A DNA stretch of 44,875 nt from Octopus bimaculoides. Lineage: Eukaryota. Positions within the stretch are counted from its first letter, which is position 1. Each line of letters starts with the position of its first letter. The notes under the pieces were generated by a model. That model ran no database searches. It saw nothing but the letters and a program-made list of their open reading frames with translations, and had not been told where the DNA came from. Positions 25,710 through 37,794 of the stretch are shown one piece after another. Made by a program: the position numbers and the translations under genes. The DNA is taken from NCBI RefSeq assembly GCF_001194135.2, contig NC_068988.1, positions 81,463,587 to 81,508,461 on the forward strand, given 5' to 3'.

Positions 25710-26180
25710 TTGATAAAATAAAGTGCCAGTCAAGAACTGAGGTTAATATTATTGACTAGCTCCCACCTTCCTCAGTAACTGTTGGCTTTGTGCCAAAATT
25801 TCGTTATTATTATTGGGTTCAAATTTCATTAATGTCAGTTTTACTTTTATTCCTGTGGCAGTTGTTGAAATAAAGTGCTAGTCTAGTACTGGGGATAATA
25901 TAATTGACTAACACCTTCTCTTCAAGATTTATGGTATTTTGCCTAAATCAAAAACTATTATTATTTGATAAGCTGGTAGAATTATCAGAGCAGTGGACAA
26001 AAAGCTTTGCTGTATTTCTTCTGGTTCCTTACATTCTAAGTTCAAATTCTATTGAGGTGAACTTTGCCTTTCATCCTTTTAGGGTCAATAAAATAAAATA
26101 CCAATATTGATGCAGTTGACTAACAACCACTTCCTCAAAATTCCAGGCATTTTGCCGAAATTAGAAACAAATTAGAAGCA
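25710..26180 (+). mobile_element. Three head-to-tail SINE family C copies
   Basis: Three successive gataaaataaa..ccag / ttgactaac / tttgtgcc.aaatt...ttattatt blocks at about 25710-25810, 25815-25960 and 25965-26180. Confidence 0.65.
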
Positions 26181-26801
26181 ATTATTGATTTAGTTAAATA
26201 GCTATGACTGGTTATGATGGCTATTTGGTGGATAAGTGGCTAAAGAATTCAAGGTTTGTATCCCATCACTGGTGATTGTTTTCAATCTAGACACATAACA
26301 TTGAAATAGTTTACCAAGCTGTAAATGGGTACTGTAGTTCTCACTAATCACTTGTAAATGGCAGGAATGCTCTATAATTTACAACTCCTTTGTTAGATCA
26401 AATTCTCCACCCTTTCATCATGATATTTCTATTGATATACATCGTTGGTGTTTCATTTAATTTTGAAAATAAAAAGGTATTTAGTAAAATATGTTGTTAT
26501 TAAGTTGGTGTTCAGAAGAAATTTTAACATGAAATTTTGAAGGAAGGTTTTAATTTAGTTTATTCTAAAACAGGAAGCTTGTCTCATAGAATCAAGCATC
26601 GTCCAAGAAGTTGGTATCAAGCTGGTATCAAAAGAGTTTTAACAATCTCTATTTAATAATAATCAATATAAATGTTGGTTTGATAGCTGATTTCTTCAGT
26701 CATACTTTACAACATAGAGAATTAACACAAGGGGTGCAGGATAAATATTTAATAACTTTCTGAGAAAAAATTTTTCCCAATTCAATTTTGCAAGGGTAGG
26801 T

Positions 26802-26885
26802 TTCGGCAAGTGTCTTCTACTATAGCCTCAGGTTGACCAAAGCTTTGTGAGTGGATTTGGTAGATAGAAACTGAAAAAATCCCAT

Positions 26886-26890
<5 letters not shown>
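26802..26890 (+). mobile_element. SINE family A 5' half
   Basis: ggcaagtgtcttctactatagcctcaggttgaccaaagctttgtgagtggatttggtagatagaaactgaaa, as in 44250-44330. Confidence 0.85.
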
Positions 26891-26918
<28 letters not shown>

Positions 26919-27599
26919 CATCATCATCATCATCATCATCATCGTTTAACGTCCGCTTTCCATGCTAGCATGGGTTGGACGAGATATATATATATATATA
27001 TATGTGTATAATAAAAATTCAGGGTACAGTATACACCTGCTTGCAAACAGGTTCATATTATGTCCTCACTTTTTGTTATATATTTTGCTTATTTGAATTA
27101 TGCTTGCTGGCTACTTTATCACTATTTTTATAGATAATGATAACTTATTTGAATTTTAAATTTATACTTGCTCACTGACGTTTGCTTGGAAGTTGCAGGG
27201 TCTTCAGTTGAACAATGTGCACGGAAAGGTAAATATGTTTTTTGAAATAGTTTATGTAGTAAGCCTAGCTGATGAGTTTTAAGCGTTGGTTTGACACAGA
27301 AAGCAAAATCAATTGATACTACGATGTTTATGATCTTATTTGTATTTTACTAAATATATTTTACAAGTGGGAGGACTGTTTCAGAGAAATATATTTGCTA
27401 TATTCACTGTGCATGTTTACATATAGTGAGCAATGCATGGTTTTGGAGGGCTTTAAATCCTGTTTCAAGCAAACAGATGCATATTGTACTCTGACTTTTT
27501 ATTATATATTTTGTTTGCTTGAATTATGTTTTCTGGTCACTTTATCATTATTTTCATAGATAATAATAACTTATTTGAATTTTAAATATATATATATGT

Positions 27600-27910
27600 A
27601 TATATATTTATCTGTGTGTGTCTTTGTGCCTGTGTTTGTCCCCACCACCATCGCTTGACAACCGATGTTGGTGTGTTTATGTCCCTGAAACTTAGTGGTT
27701 TGGCAAAAGAGACCAATAGAATAAGTACTAGGCTTACAAAGAATAAGTCCTGGGGTCGATTTCTTTGACTAAAGGCGGTGCTCCAGCATGGCNNNNNNNN
27801 NNACTAGGCTTACAAAGAATAAGTCCTGGGGTCGATTTCTTTGACTAAAGGCGGTGCTCCAGCATGGCCGCAGTCAAATGACTGAAATGTGTAAAAGAGT
27901 AAAAGAATAT
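27600..27910 (+). mobile_element. SINE family A 3' half (partly duplicated across a 10-N gap)
   Basis: tgtttgtccccaccaccatcgcttgacaaccgatgttgg...gcagtcaaatgactgaaa...aaaagaata. Confidence 0.9.
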
Positions 27911-28024
27911 TTCATTATTTTGTATAAACATCAAAGTTATTTTCATGGTGACAAAAGTATACTTCCAAAGTTACCTGTCATATGATGGATAACACTCAAG
28001 TAATAATAATTCTTTCTACTAAAG

Positions 28025-28235
28025 ACACAAGGCCAAAAATTTTTGAAGTGCGGGATACTTGATTACATTGACTGATACTTATTTTATTGACCTCAAAAGG
28101 ATGAAAGGCAAAGCTGAAATGGACAGTATTTGAACTCAGAACATAAAACCAGAAAAGGTTTCACTAAGCATTTTGTCCAGAATGCTAAAGATTTCAACCA
28201 ACTCACCACCTCTACTTTAATAATAATAATAACAA
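28025..28235 (-). mobile_element. SINE family C
   Basis: tacttattttattgacctcaaaaggatgaaaggcaaagc...tttgaactcagaac, the reverse complement of the family C centre and B box. Confidence 0.75.
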
Positions 28236-30753
28236 GCTTATTGTACTCTGAGCTCAGATACTCTACAACTTGAAAAGGAATATATTGTGTGGCTGGCTGG
28301 TTAACTGTACAGGCACTATATAGATTTACTCTCGTGGATTATAAGGACTTACTCTTAACATATATTTAGTTGATTTATATGATAAATACATCTCTATCAA
28401 TAATTATTGGTAATAGCACTAGCATTAACCATTGATTTTGGATGAATAATTTCCATAATGTATCTTTTTATTAACATATTCTAATACTCTGAGAAATTAA
28501 GGAAGATAAGACATTTAGAAATTGATTTTATTTTTAAATATATATAACCCATTCTGTTTTATAAATCAACAACATTGAAAGGAAGTCACATGAAACTGGG
28601 CAACTTTGAAAAAGTAACTAGCTTAATGAAAATTGAAAAAAATAATTAACATCAAATATTAAAAATTCTTTTTCTTTTTGTAATTTCTAATTAGTAAAAT
28701 ACTAATTGAAGAAGTAAATCTCAAAGAAACGGTCATTAGATTGAATGTAATCGCTTAAATACTGGAAACAGAAGATAATTATTTAAAAACTGTTTTTCAC
28801 CTAATTTCTAATGAAACCAGAAAAATTATACTATCAGTGAATAGCTTAGCCTAACCTAATTTTGAAGAAATCCTAAATGTAGTAATTAAAAAGTAGAATT
28901 ATATGATTGATCTTCAAGCTGTTTTATTTTTAGCATCTTCCTCCTGTCTTCCATCAATATGCGATGTGAGTCTGTTTCCCACCTCTGAATAAATTTTTTC
29001 AAATTTTCTTTTTTTGTATGAATTTAAATCTGAAAGAATTTTCACAAAAGATTGTTTTTCTTGAATGATTTTTCTAATTTCATTGAAAACTCGGCAAAAT
29101 TAAGTTACATTTTTCAAATGTTCTGAGAATATCTGCTCCAATTAAATATCAATTTAAATATATTGAGAAAGGGAAATTATGCTATTGCCTGCTGAAATAT
29201 GTCAGGTTTTTAGTAAATGTCCATATTTTTCCATATCCTAATATTATCATCAATGTTGTCTGCTTCTGGGGTTATGGTATCAAATCTAAAGTTTATTTAA
29301 TTTTGCTAGCATATTTTGAGTGCATCTTTGGTTTTTAGAATACTAACATTCTAACCCTGTATGACTTAAAAATTGACTTAAAAAATTGGTCTCAGTTGTG
29401 TCAGGAATGGCATTTGGCTGTAAAACCGTCACAAATAAATACAACATTCATATATATATGTAGATGCATATGTCATACATAACATATGTACATACACATA
29501 TACATGCTAACATGCATACATGTATGCATGCATACATACAAACATACATACACAGCCACACACATGCATTCATGCATACATGCATGTATGCATGCATTCA
29601 TGCACACATATATACATACATATATACACACATGCATGCATGTATGCATCCTTCCATCTATGATACATCCATACATATATGATGGCTGCCTGCAACTTGA
29701 TTTTCAGCAATGCCGTTGCTTGGATGTTCTCTTTACATGGACAACATGGATATTGTTTTTCAGACATGCTAGGGACCAATGGTCTTTTGCTCTGATGTGG
29801 ATGATGGACACATCGTGCAGCAGGTATTCAGAAAGCTTATCACCCTTGCTGATACTTAATTTTTGTTTCATCATAGAATTTTTCATTCAGTATTTTGCCT
29901 TTTTCAGCTATGGCCAGCCATAGTGTGCAACACATAACAGATATGTATGTATGTATGTATGTATGTATGTGTGTGTATGTATATATGTATGTATGTGCGT
30001 GTGTATGTATGTACATATGTTCGTATGTATATATGCACGTATGTATGTATGTATGTATGTGCATGTATGTATATATGTATGTATGTATGTTAGTATGCAT
30101 GTATGTATGTTTGATGCATGATGTATGTTTATATCTATGGTTTCCTTCATATATTTCAAATTAATAGCCTAAACTTAAAGTAATTTAAAGTAAACAGCAG
30201 ATGATTCCTCTGCTAACATAGCTTCCCTAATTATTCCTTTTTATGAAAGAGATATTCTAAAAGACAACTAATGATATTTTTTAAACTTTAAAGCATCAAT
30301 TGACACACTTTATTCATTTTCCAACTTTCATCTTGTGCAAAGAATTAATGTAAATGCCATCTTTATTCCAGAAATCATTTATGGAATTTTTCGATTGGAC
30401 ACTTTCATTTGAAGGAAAAATCTTTCTAGTTAATTACATTTTGAAGTCAGTAATCTAGGAAGATCAACCCCATTTTCTTGAGAGCCCAGTAACTAATTAA
30501 GTTAAGCAGATTCTCTTAAAGATCAATTTATTTATTGCAAAAGGTGAAAACGTAGTTTCAGTGACATCTTTGTACGATAAATACAAAATGAAACACAACT
30601 TCTCTGAGATCAAAAATTTGGCATTTAAAATCCTGTAGAAATATATAAATAAGATTGCTAAGCACCAGATAAACTTGATATCCCGCCTACTACTTATTTT
30701 ATTGAGTTTATTGATTGGTTACCACATAAATTAATGAAGAAACACCTACCTAC

Positions 30754-30898
30754 CTCAACGTGATCCTTGACGATCTTGAAATAAATTCCTTCTGTCCGCC
30801 ATGATCAGCATAAAGGCGACCACAGATTTTTTCAGCTGGTACTGTAGAGGGATCAGCAAACCCATCATAGATTTTTAGAGCTGCCTCTTCACAATACA
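30754..30898 (-). CDS. Internal coding exon (145 nt, phase 1 to 2) of a CUB + LDLa domain protein; second half of a CUB domain
   Basis: Minus strand: acceptor ttttaactccctcccaactcag| and donor AG|gtaggt. Translates xYCEEAALKIYDGFADPSTVPAEKICGRLYADHGGQKEFISRSSRITL(R), matching the CUB pattern C-x-D/E-x-L-x-IYDG...CG...S-x-S-x-x-x-L-x-F. Splices in frame to the 14214-14293 exon. Confidence 0.9.
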
Positions 30899-31141
30899 CT
30901 GAGTTGGGAGGGAGTTAAAATATTAACATAAGTATTAGTTCATTGAAGTGATTTCAGATAACAAAAAAAGATATTTGTTAACATTATTGTGTCATTAATT
31001 AACAGGAATATAAAGCAGCAGGTGCAAAAGAATGTGTAAATTTAGTAACAAAAATTACTGGGATTATAGAGGAAATCTAACAGGCAACCGATTATTAATG
31101 ATCATTCTTCCATAGTTTCCAAACCCATAATTATTTTCTCT

Positions 31142-31169
31142 TGTTAATTAACCATATGGTTAATTAACA
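31142..31169. promoter_or_regulatory. Perfect 28-bp palindrome TGTTAATTAACCATATGGTTAATTAACA (function unknown)
   Basis: Self-reverse-complementary, checked base by base. Contains a CATATG E-box flanked by two TTAATTAA. The palindrome is certain; the regulatory role is only a hypothesis. Confidence 0.35.
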
Positions 31170-31512
31170 GTATCTATGAAGAATTATTTATATATTAAAT
31201 GTATTTGATATATGAACACGTGCATTCACTCATACATACATATATGCATACATGCATACATACCTATACCTGCATATAGTCACTCATAGATACATACATA
31301 CACACTTAAATACATGCATTCATGCTTATATACTTTTGCATGTATATATGTATGTATGTATGCATGTATGTATTACAAATACACATATGCATACACACAT
31401 ATTTATTTATAAATTAGAAAGTCAATGAACACAAAAAGAAAGAAAATGACACAGGAAGAATAAGTTTTAACCAGCATTGTATTAGTTTAATACTCACAAA
31501 GAAGGCAAAAGA

Positions 31513-31548
31513 TCTTGTCATTTCAGATACTACTCCTTCATCAGGAGA
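31513..31548 (-). ncRNA. Decayed minimal hammerhead ribozyme motif (Penelope-type), probably inactive
   Basis: Minus strand reads TCTC-CTGATGA-A-GGA-GTAGTA-TCT-GAAA-TGAC-AAGA. Confidence 0.45.
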
Positions 31549-32004
31549 AAGATTGAGAAGAAAATTGTAGAAGGAGTGTGAATAGGAAAATGTGATTGCA
31601 TGGAAAAAGCACCCCAACTCCTAAAAAAAACAACTGGGTTTGGGACCAGGTGGGAAAGTGGTTCTATGAGGGGAGGGGTAGGATATATGCATATATAGTT
31701 GTGTATCTGTGTACTGAAATAGGTACAGCAAGGAAGGAAGAATGTATATGCGGTTTGGAGGTACTCTGTGTTTTGTGATTCTTTGCTGGACATTCAACTA
31801 AAGGCTGTATTACAAAGCACAATATATATATTTTCTGAATATGGAGATCAGAACAACCTGACATAACAAATTCAGTTATCTTTATGATAATTAAAAATTC
31901 TAATTATGAAAGAACATGTCTTTAGCAAAAAAATAAAACAAATAAAACCTATCACCTTATATAAATGCATTTATACATATTTGTGTGTATGTGTGCATGA
32001 ATTC

Positions 32005-32215
32005 TTTTATTCTTTTACTTGTTTCAGTCATTTGACTCTGGCCATCCTGGAGCACTGCATTGGAGGGTTTTAATTGAGCAAATCAAGCCTAGGACTTATT
32101 TTTTTTAAAGCTTAGTACTTATTCTATTGGTCACTTTTGACATAAACACACCAACACCAGTTGTCAAGTGGTAAAGTGGGGACAAACACAGACACAAAGA
32201 CACACACACACATAC
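32005..32215 (-). mobile_element. SINE family A 3' half
   Basis: ttcttttattcttttacttgtttcagtcatttgact...acaccaacaccagttgtcaagtgg...gggacaaacacag. Confidence 0.85.
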
Positions 32216-32924
32216 GAAGAATCAAAATAAGCAACAAGATATCAAGTAGTGATGCAGTACGACCGTTTCAAGGGGCTCCATTTAATTGAACAATGCAGTC
32301 ATTACATCAATTTAAATGCAGTGCCATCTTCAGCTGCACAAATAAATAAATAGAATTTTAACCAGTAGGGCACATTAATTTAAATTTTCTCAAATATTTT
32401 AACAGAAACTGAGTTCTAGAAGTGCTGTGTGTTCCACCCACTTGTTATGCTAAAACTTTTCCCACACCCTACCCCAACAAACCAAACTACATCATTTTTC
32501 TTCCTTACACTTCCTCTTTCACATGCACTATACTTATGCTTATCTCTCCTCTTGCTCCCCACTCCTGTCCTCACAGCCCTGCTCACTGTATCATTGCTAT
32601 CCTGTTATCCCCCACCCAGTCTATATACCCAGGTCCCCTCCCACCACCCTTTACATTCATGTGAAGTCCCTACTCCCTACTCATGCACCTTTGGCAATAC
32701 CCTGTCATTTATATCTGATCCCTGTACCTTGAGGGTATGGCTTGGCACTCTGCCACCATCTATCTCTCTCTTGCTCTATTCTACCATCCTGTTTCTATTC
32801 CAATCCCTGTTCCTTATGCGTTTATCCTGGTAGTTTGCCACCATCTTTCTCCAGCTCTTTCTTACACTCTCACACTCTCATTCTCTTCCACTCTTTCTCT
32901 CTTTCTGTTGCTCTCTCCTTCTGA

Positions 32925-33065
32925 CTGGTACTACTCATTTTTGCTAGCTAAGTGGACAGGGGCAATGTGAAATAAAGTGTCTTGCTCAAGGACACAGCGT
33001 GCTGCTACATAACAAACTCATGACCTTATAATCGTGAACCGAATATTCTAACCACTAAGCCACAC
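32925..33065 (-). mobile_element. tRNA-derived SINE fragment with CORE-like body
   Basis: Reverse complement begins gtggcttagtggttag (A box TGGCTTAGTGG) and contains gtgtccttgagcaagacactt...aaaaatgagtagtaccag. Confidence 0.65.
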
Positions 33066-33839
33066 TAATGTATGTGTACATATGCGTGTGTGTGTGCATG
33101 TGTGTGCATGAATGCTGATATTTCACACTTGTCACTGCTCGTGCAAGCAGTGACTACGTTGACATTACTTGTTGTCATTATAGTTGGTTGCACTGTACTT
33201 TCAGAAACCTACTGAATAAAGAAACAACTGGCTTGTGAATAACAATACTCAAAGGTTGGTAACAGAAAGAGCATCTGGCAGTTATATCCTGCTTCAAAAT
33301 AACTCCCCATCCATCTAACCCATGAAAAATCAGACATTATACAGCCGGTCACACATATATAAAGCACCATGAAAAATTTTAATTTTTAAGTTACCTCAAC
33401 ATTCACATCAATCTCTAAAATCACAAACATTAAACAATTAAACAAACATTAAAGAAAATCTCATCAAGTACTGTCAATATACACATTAGTTTTGTATTTG
33501 TGAATAAACAAAACACAGCTAATACAAACAGCATAACTCCATCTTCAAACTGGTGAAAATAAAAAGAAAAAATACAAAGAGAAAATGTAGCAGACATGTG
33601 AATGAATTTTTGATATGAGTTTTACCAAAATTGCTCAAAAGATTCGATATATAAACAGCATTGCAATCAATTTAGATTCTGAATTGAAATGGAGATTAGA
33701 AAAGGCAAAACCAAAGGAAAGGAGAAAGCGTGTTGAGATAAAATGTGTTTCCATCATCTTTGTCAGGAATTATGGAGACAAATTGAAGAAAACTTTTTCT
33801 ACACATGGTTAAAAAATGTGACTGCTGCCACCACCATTA

Positions 33840-33871
<32 letters not shown>

Positions 33872-34808
33872 AGTACTGTTACAAACCATCACCACCAACC
33901 AACCAACCAATTAACCAACCAACCAACCAACCAGCCGACCAACCAGCTGACCAACCAGCCAGCCAACTACTTCCCTGACATCACTCCAATCAGCCTTGAT
34001 ACATATTTAACTCCTACCAAATCAGTATGAAGAGGTGTTCTTTATGATTAACCTCATCTTTCATCTTCTAGTTCCCACATTTTATTGTAATCAACTTCAA
34101 GTTAATATGATCAGTAGTTATACAAACAGTTAAGTAGTGTCGACTAACATGATTTAATGATGAGATCATAAAACAGAAGTATTGAGGAAAAAATATTGAT
34201 ATTAACCAATGGCTAATATCGTTGGATTGGTGCAATCATTAATCGTTCAAACAAAATTTCTGGCAGTATTTAGTTACAGCCATTGATAATTGAGTTCAAA
34301 TCTCATCAGTGTTAACTTTTGTCATACTGGGGGAGCAGGGGGTCATTAAAGAAACATCAGTAGAGTTTTGGGTTTAACTAATCAACTCTATCAATGCCAT
34401 GAATTTCAGGCCATGTCTTTATAAAAAAATTAATTTCATTTCATTTTTTCTGGCAGGTTTGAGGAGGCAACCCCAGGTATGTTTAGGTATTATTCTGACC
34501 TCATTAGTTGGAGCAGTGATGAATTAAGCATCATGTACAAGGTTGTGTATTTGTTAGTTAAGTTGCTAACAAGAAATAATTACACAGTTAAGAAAAAAGC
34601 ATGACATTAGACTAACACTAATATTATCTTTTTTTTCTGGTAATACAGGAGGTAGTCTAGGACATATTTAAGTTTTATTCTTAAACAAGTGTCATGAAAT
34701 GGCAAGAGTATGATGAAACACTATAAAAACATCAGCCATTTACTGTTGTGTCTAAATCTACCTCCAACTATCTTCAACACTTCATCTTGACCTCACACAT
34801 GCACATAC

Positions 34809-34860
<52 letters not shown>

Positions 34861-34864
34861 CACC

Positions 34865-35202
34865 ATTCATTTGTTGATAGAATCAATGAAACAGCCTGCT
34901 CATGAAATTAACGTGCAAGTGGCTGAGCACTCCACAGACACGTGTACCCTTAACGTAGTTCTTGGGGATATTCAGTGTGACAAGGCTGACCCTTTGAATT
35001 ACAGGCACAACTGAAACAGGAAGTAAGAGTGAGAGAAAGTTGTGGTGGAAGAGTACAGCAGGGTTCGTCACCATCCCCTGCCGGAACCTCGTGGAGCATT
35101 AGGTGTTTTCACTCAATAAACACTTAAGATGCCCGGTCTGGGAATCAAAACCGTGATCCTATGACTGCGAGTGTGCTGCCCTAACCACTGGGCCATTGTG
35201 CC
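34865..35202 (-). mobile_element. tRNA-derived SINE family D (possibly tRNA-Arg-like head)
   Basis: Reverse complement starts ggcacaatggcccagtggttagggcagcacactcgcagtc...ggttttgattccc, with A box TGGCCCAGTGG and B box GGTTTTGATTCC; ends at (CA)n. Confidence 0.75.
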
Positions 35203-35984
35203 ACCACGATTCATACATACATTTATACACAGACACACACACAGACACACCCACACACAGACACACCCACACAGACACACACACAAATACATGCAAACAG
35301 AGATGTTTGTGTGTATGAATACAAGCATGAAAAAGTAAAGAAATTTGATTTGCTGTCATGAGGTCTTGGGTTTGATTCCAATGCAGAGTATAATGGGTAA
35401 GAACCTTTAACAACAGTCTTAGATTGACCGACTGATGTGGTTAGTACTGGGTTATTGGAAACTGTATAGAAGACTGTCAGATGGATTGAATCAGTAATTC
35501 AAAGGACCAGCCATGTCAAATCCTCTGTCATACTCATTAATGCCAAGAGTAGACATGATTGTGGGATATGCAGCCACTTAGTAATTTAACAAATAAGTTC
35601 AGTTGATTAAACAATTAAAAGCCCATTATTGGAACCAACAGGATTTTTATCGCGCGCGCGCGTGTGTATGTGTGTGTGTTGTATGACTGGAAAGATGACA
35701 TCTAAATGAAAAGCATGAAAATATAGATATTGCTATTTAATAAAAGCCAATATATATGTTGTTTAGATGTTGAGTTCTTTAGTTATACTTAATATCATAT
35801 AGAGAGTGGTAGAGACAGAGAGAGACAGAGAGAGAGAGAGAGTAAAAAAAAAAAGTTACAGTGAGAGGTAACATAAAAGAAGCAGGTTAAATGTCATAAC
35901 TTTTTAAGAGATACACACTTTTTAAATGAAATTTTGCAGATATAGATTTCCAATAGAATAAATTGTGATTATGTTGAGAGATTT

Positions 35985-36568
35985 TAGAAAAGTCGTGTGA
36001 AGAAGGGCTGATCTCTAACAGCAGGGGGGAACCTGTAGAAGAGGGAGACCCAGGAATATATGGGATGAGGTGGTGAAGCATGATCTTTGAACATCGGGCC
36101 TCACGGAGGCAATGACCAGTGACCAAGACCCTTAGTGATATGCCGTGCTTGAGAAGACACATCAAGTCAAGAGAAGTCATAGTTGTGGCAGTTGTCAGTG
36201 CCATGTAACTGGCACCCATGCTGGTGACATATAAAAAGCACTTTTTGAGTGTTGGGTCTCACGGAGGCAATGACAAATGACTGAGACCTTAGGCAATCTG
36301 CTGTACTTGAGAAGAAGACCCATCAAGCCAAGTGAAATCATAGTTGTGGCAGCTACTGGTGTCACACAATAGGCACCCATGCCAGTGGCATGCAAAAACA
36401 TCCATTACACTCTCAGAGTGACTGGCATTCGGAAGGGCGTCCAGCTGTAGAGACCATGCCAAATCAGACTGGAGTCTGGTGCAGCCCGTCAGCTTACCAG
36501 CCCTGGTCAAACCATCTGGCCCACGCCAGCATGGACAATGGACATTAAATGATGATGATGATGATGAT
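35985..36568 (+). mobile_element. RTE LINE 3' fragment (ORF C-terminus, UTR, (GAT)n)
   Basis: Encodes ..VKKG*SLTAGGTCRRGRPRNIWDEVVKHDL, homologous to 21174-21362, then the shared tail. Confidence 0.9.
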
Positions 36569-37029
36569 GTAGATAAACCATCAAAAGGCATAATACTGTG
36601 GTTTTTGTCTGAGAGAAAATCTTTTCATAGGCATGTTGTGATAAATACACAATATATATCAGAAAAAGGCAAACATCATTTCAGCAGTGACTCAATTGTG
36701 TTTTTAGAATTATAACATATATTTAGTGCAAATGTACAAATAAGAAATTTGCATTATTTATTTTAAAGTAGTAAGAATTTTTCTTTCGATAATTAACATT
36801 CATTTCATCATTTTGTGTTATTACCAAGAAATTTGATTAAAGTTAAATTAAAGTCATTGTATGTATGCCACATTTCTTTGTATTCCTCTTGTAGCCAAAG
36901 TATACATCAAAGTTACCTGTCACATGATGGCTAACACTCACCACCACCACCACCACCACCACCACCATCGTTTTGATGTCCATTTCTCCGTAAATACATG
37001 GAATGGATGGAATTTGTTGATACATAGCA

Positions 37030-37660
37030 TGAAGACAGTATCATCCCTGTATAGACTAACTCCCAACTTAGGAAGCCAGGATTTGATTTGGGATAGGATA
37101 TATACTCCAACTAGATCCATGCCTTGAGCAGAGTCATTAGATCCCATTTCTGTATCAAAGAAATCCACCCTTTCTGTTCAGCTCCAAAGTTTGTCATCGA
37201 AATCTACCATAATTCCTCATGCATCTAATATAATTTTCTATCTCTGATCTAGACAAACCTGAATTCCACATAGCAAAAATTAAGGCCTTATTTAGAAGAA
37301 TAGGATTAATAGTGGAGTAATAGCTAGTTATGTGTAGTTGCTTAAATTTATTACTTTAATTTATCACTAGTTCTTTAAAGAAGCTGAATACTACCTGAGT
37401 GTCAGACCACAAAGACAGTCTAATTTTAGATTTAAGGATTAATATTACCTTATCGAAAATAGTTTTGCTAATCCTGCCTATATCTGATTTGGAAGGGTGT
37501 ATCAGTCTAACTTTGAGGTTGATATCAAAATTATTTTTAAGGTCTTTTAAATATATTCTTGCTTCTCTAGGGGTATATGGCTCTGTTTTGTCTTCGATTC
37601 CTAGTCTAGTGATGATGTTGAATCTCTTATAATTAGATTTATTAGTGTATTTTTAGGTGC
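37030..37660 (-). pseudogene. Penelope-like element reverse transcriptase fossil
   Basis: Minus frames read EARIYLKDLKNNFDINLKVRLIHPSKSDIGRISKTIFDK...LSLWSDT, YYSTINPILLNKALIFA and FFDTEMGSNDSAQGMDLVGVYIL...VSLYRDD. These match the PLE pattern LKDHK.NF..N...RLINP.KS..G.ISK.I.D / F.V.MGS.D.AE..ELVG..IL / GLYRDD. Confidence 0.85.
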
Positions 37661-37794
37661 ATGTTTGTACTTACAACATAGTTCTTCTCTAATTAATTCC
37701 TCCTATAGTTCAGTATTTGCATTGTAATGATTACTTATGCACACACACACTATCTCTGTGTGTGTGTGTGGGTGTGGGTGTGTGTGCATGTGTG

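Noticed and set aside
27727-27870. Exact 66-bp direct repeat across the 10-N gap at 27793-27802
   Set aside because: Identical sequence on both sides of a small gap inside a SINE; typical unmerged contig overlap.
33395-33549. Very strong minus-strand acceptor followed by MLFVLAVFCLF (signal-peptide-like)
   Set aside because: No phase-compatible path to the CUB exon, and the first half of CUB is missing between them. A non-coding or alternative exon is not excluded.
35113-35202. tRNA-like heads as tRNA genes (also 44171 and 33000-33065)
   Set aside because: Degenerate B boxes, no intact cloverleaf, and continuation into SINE bodies.
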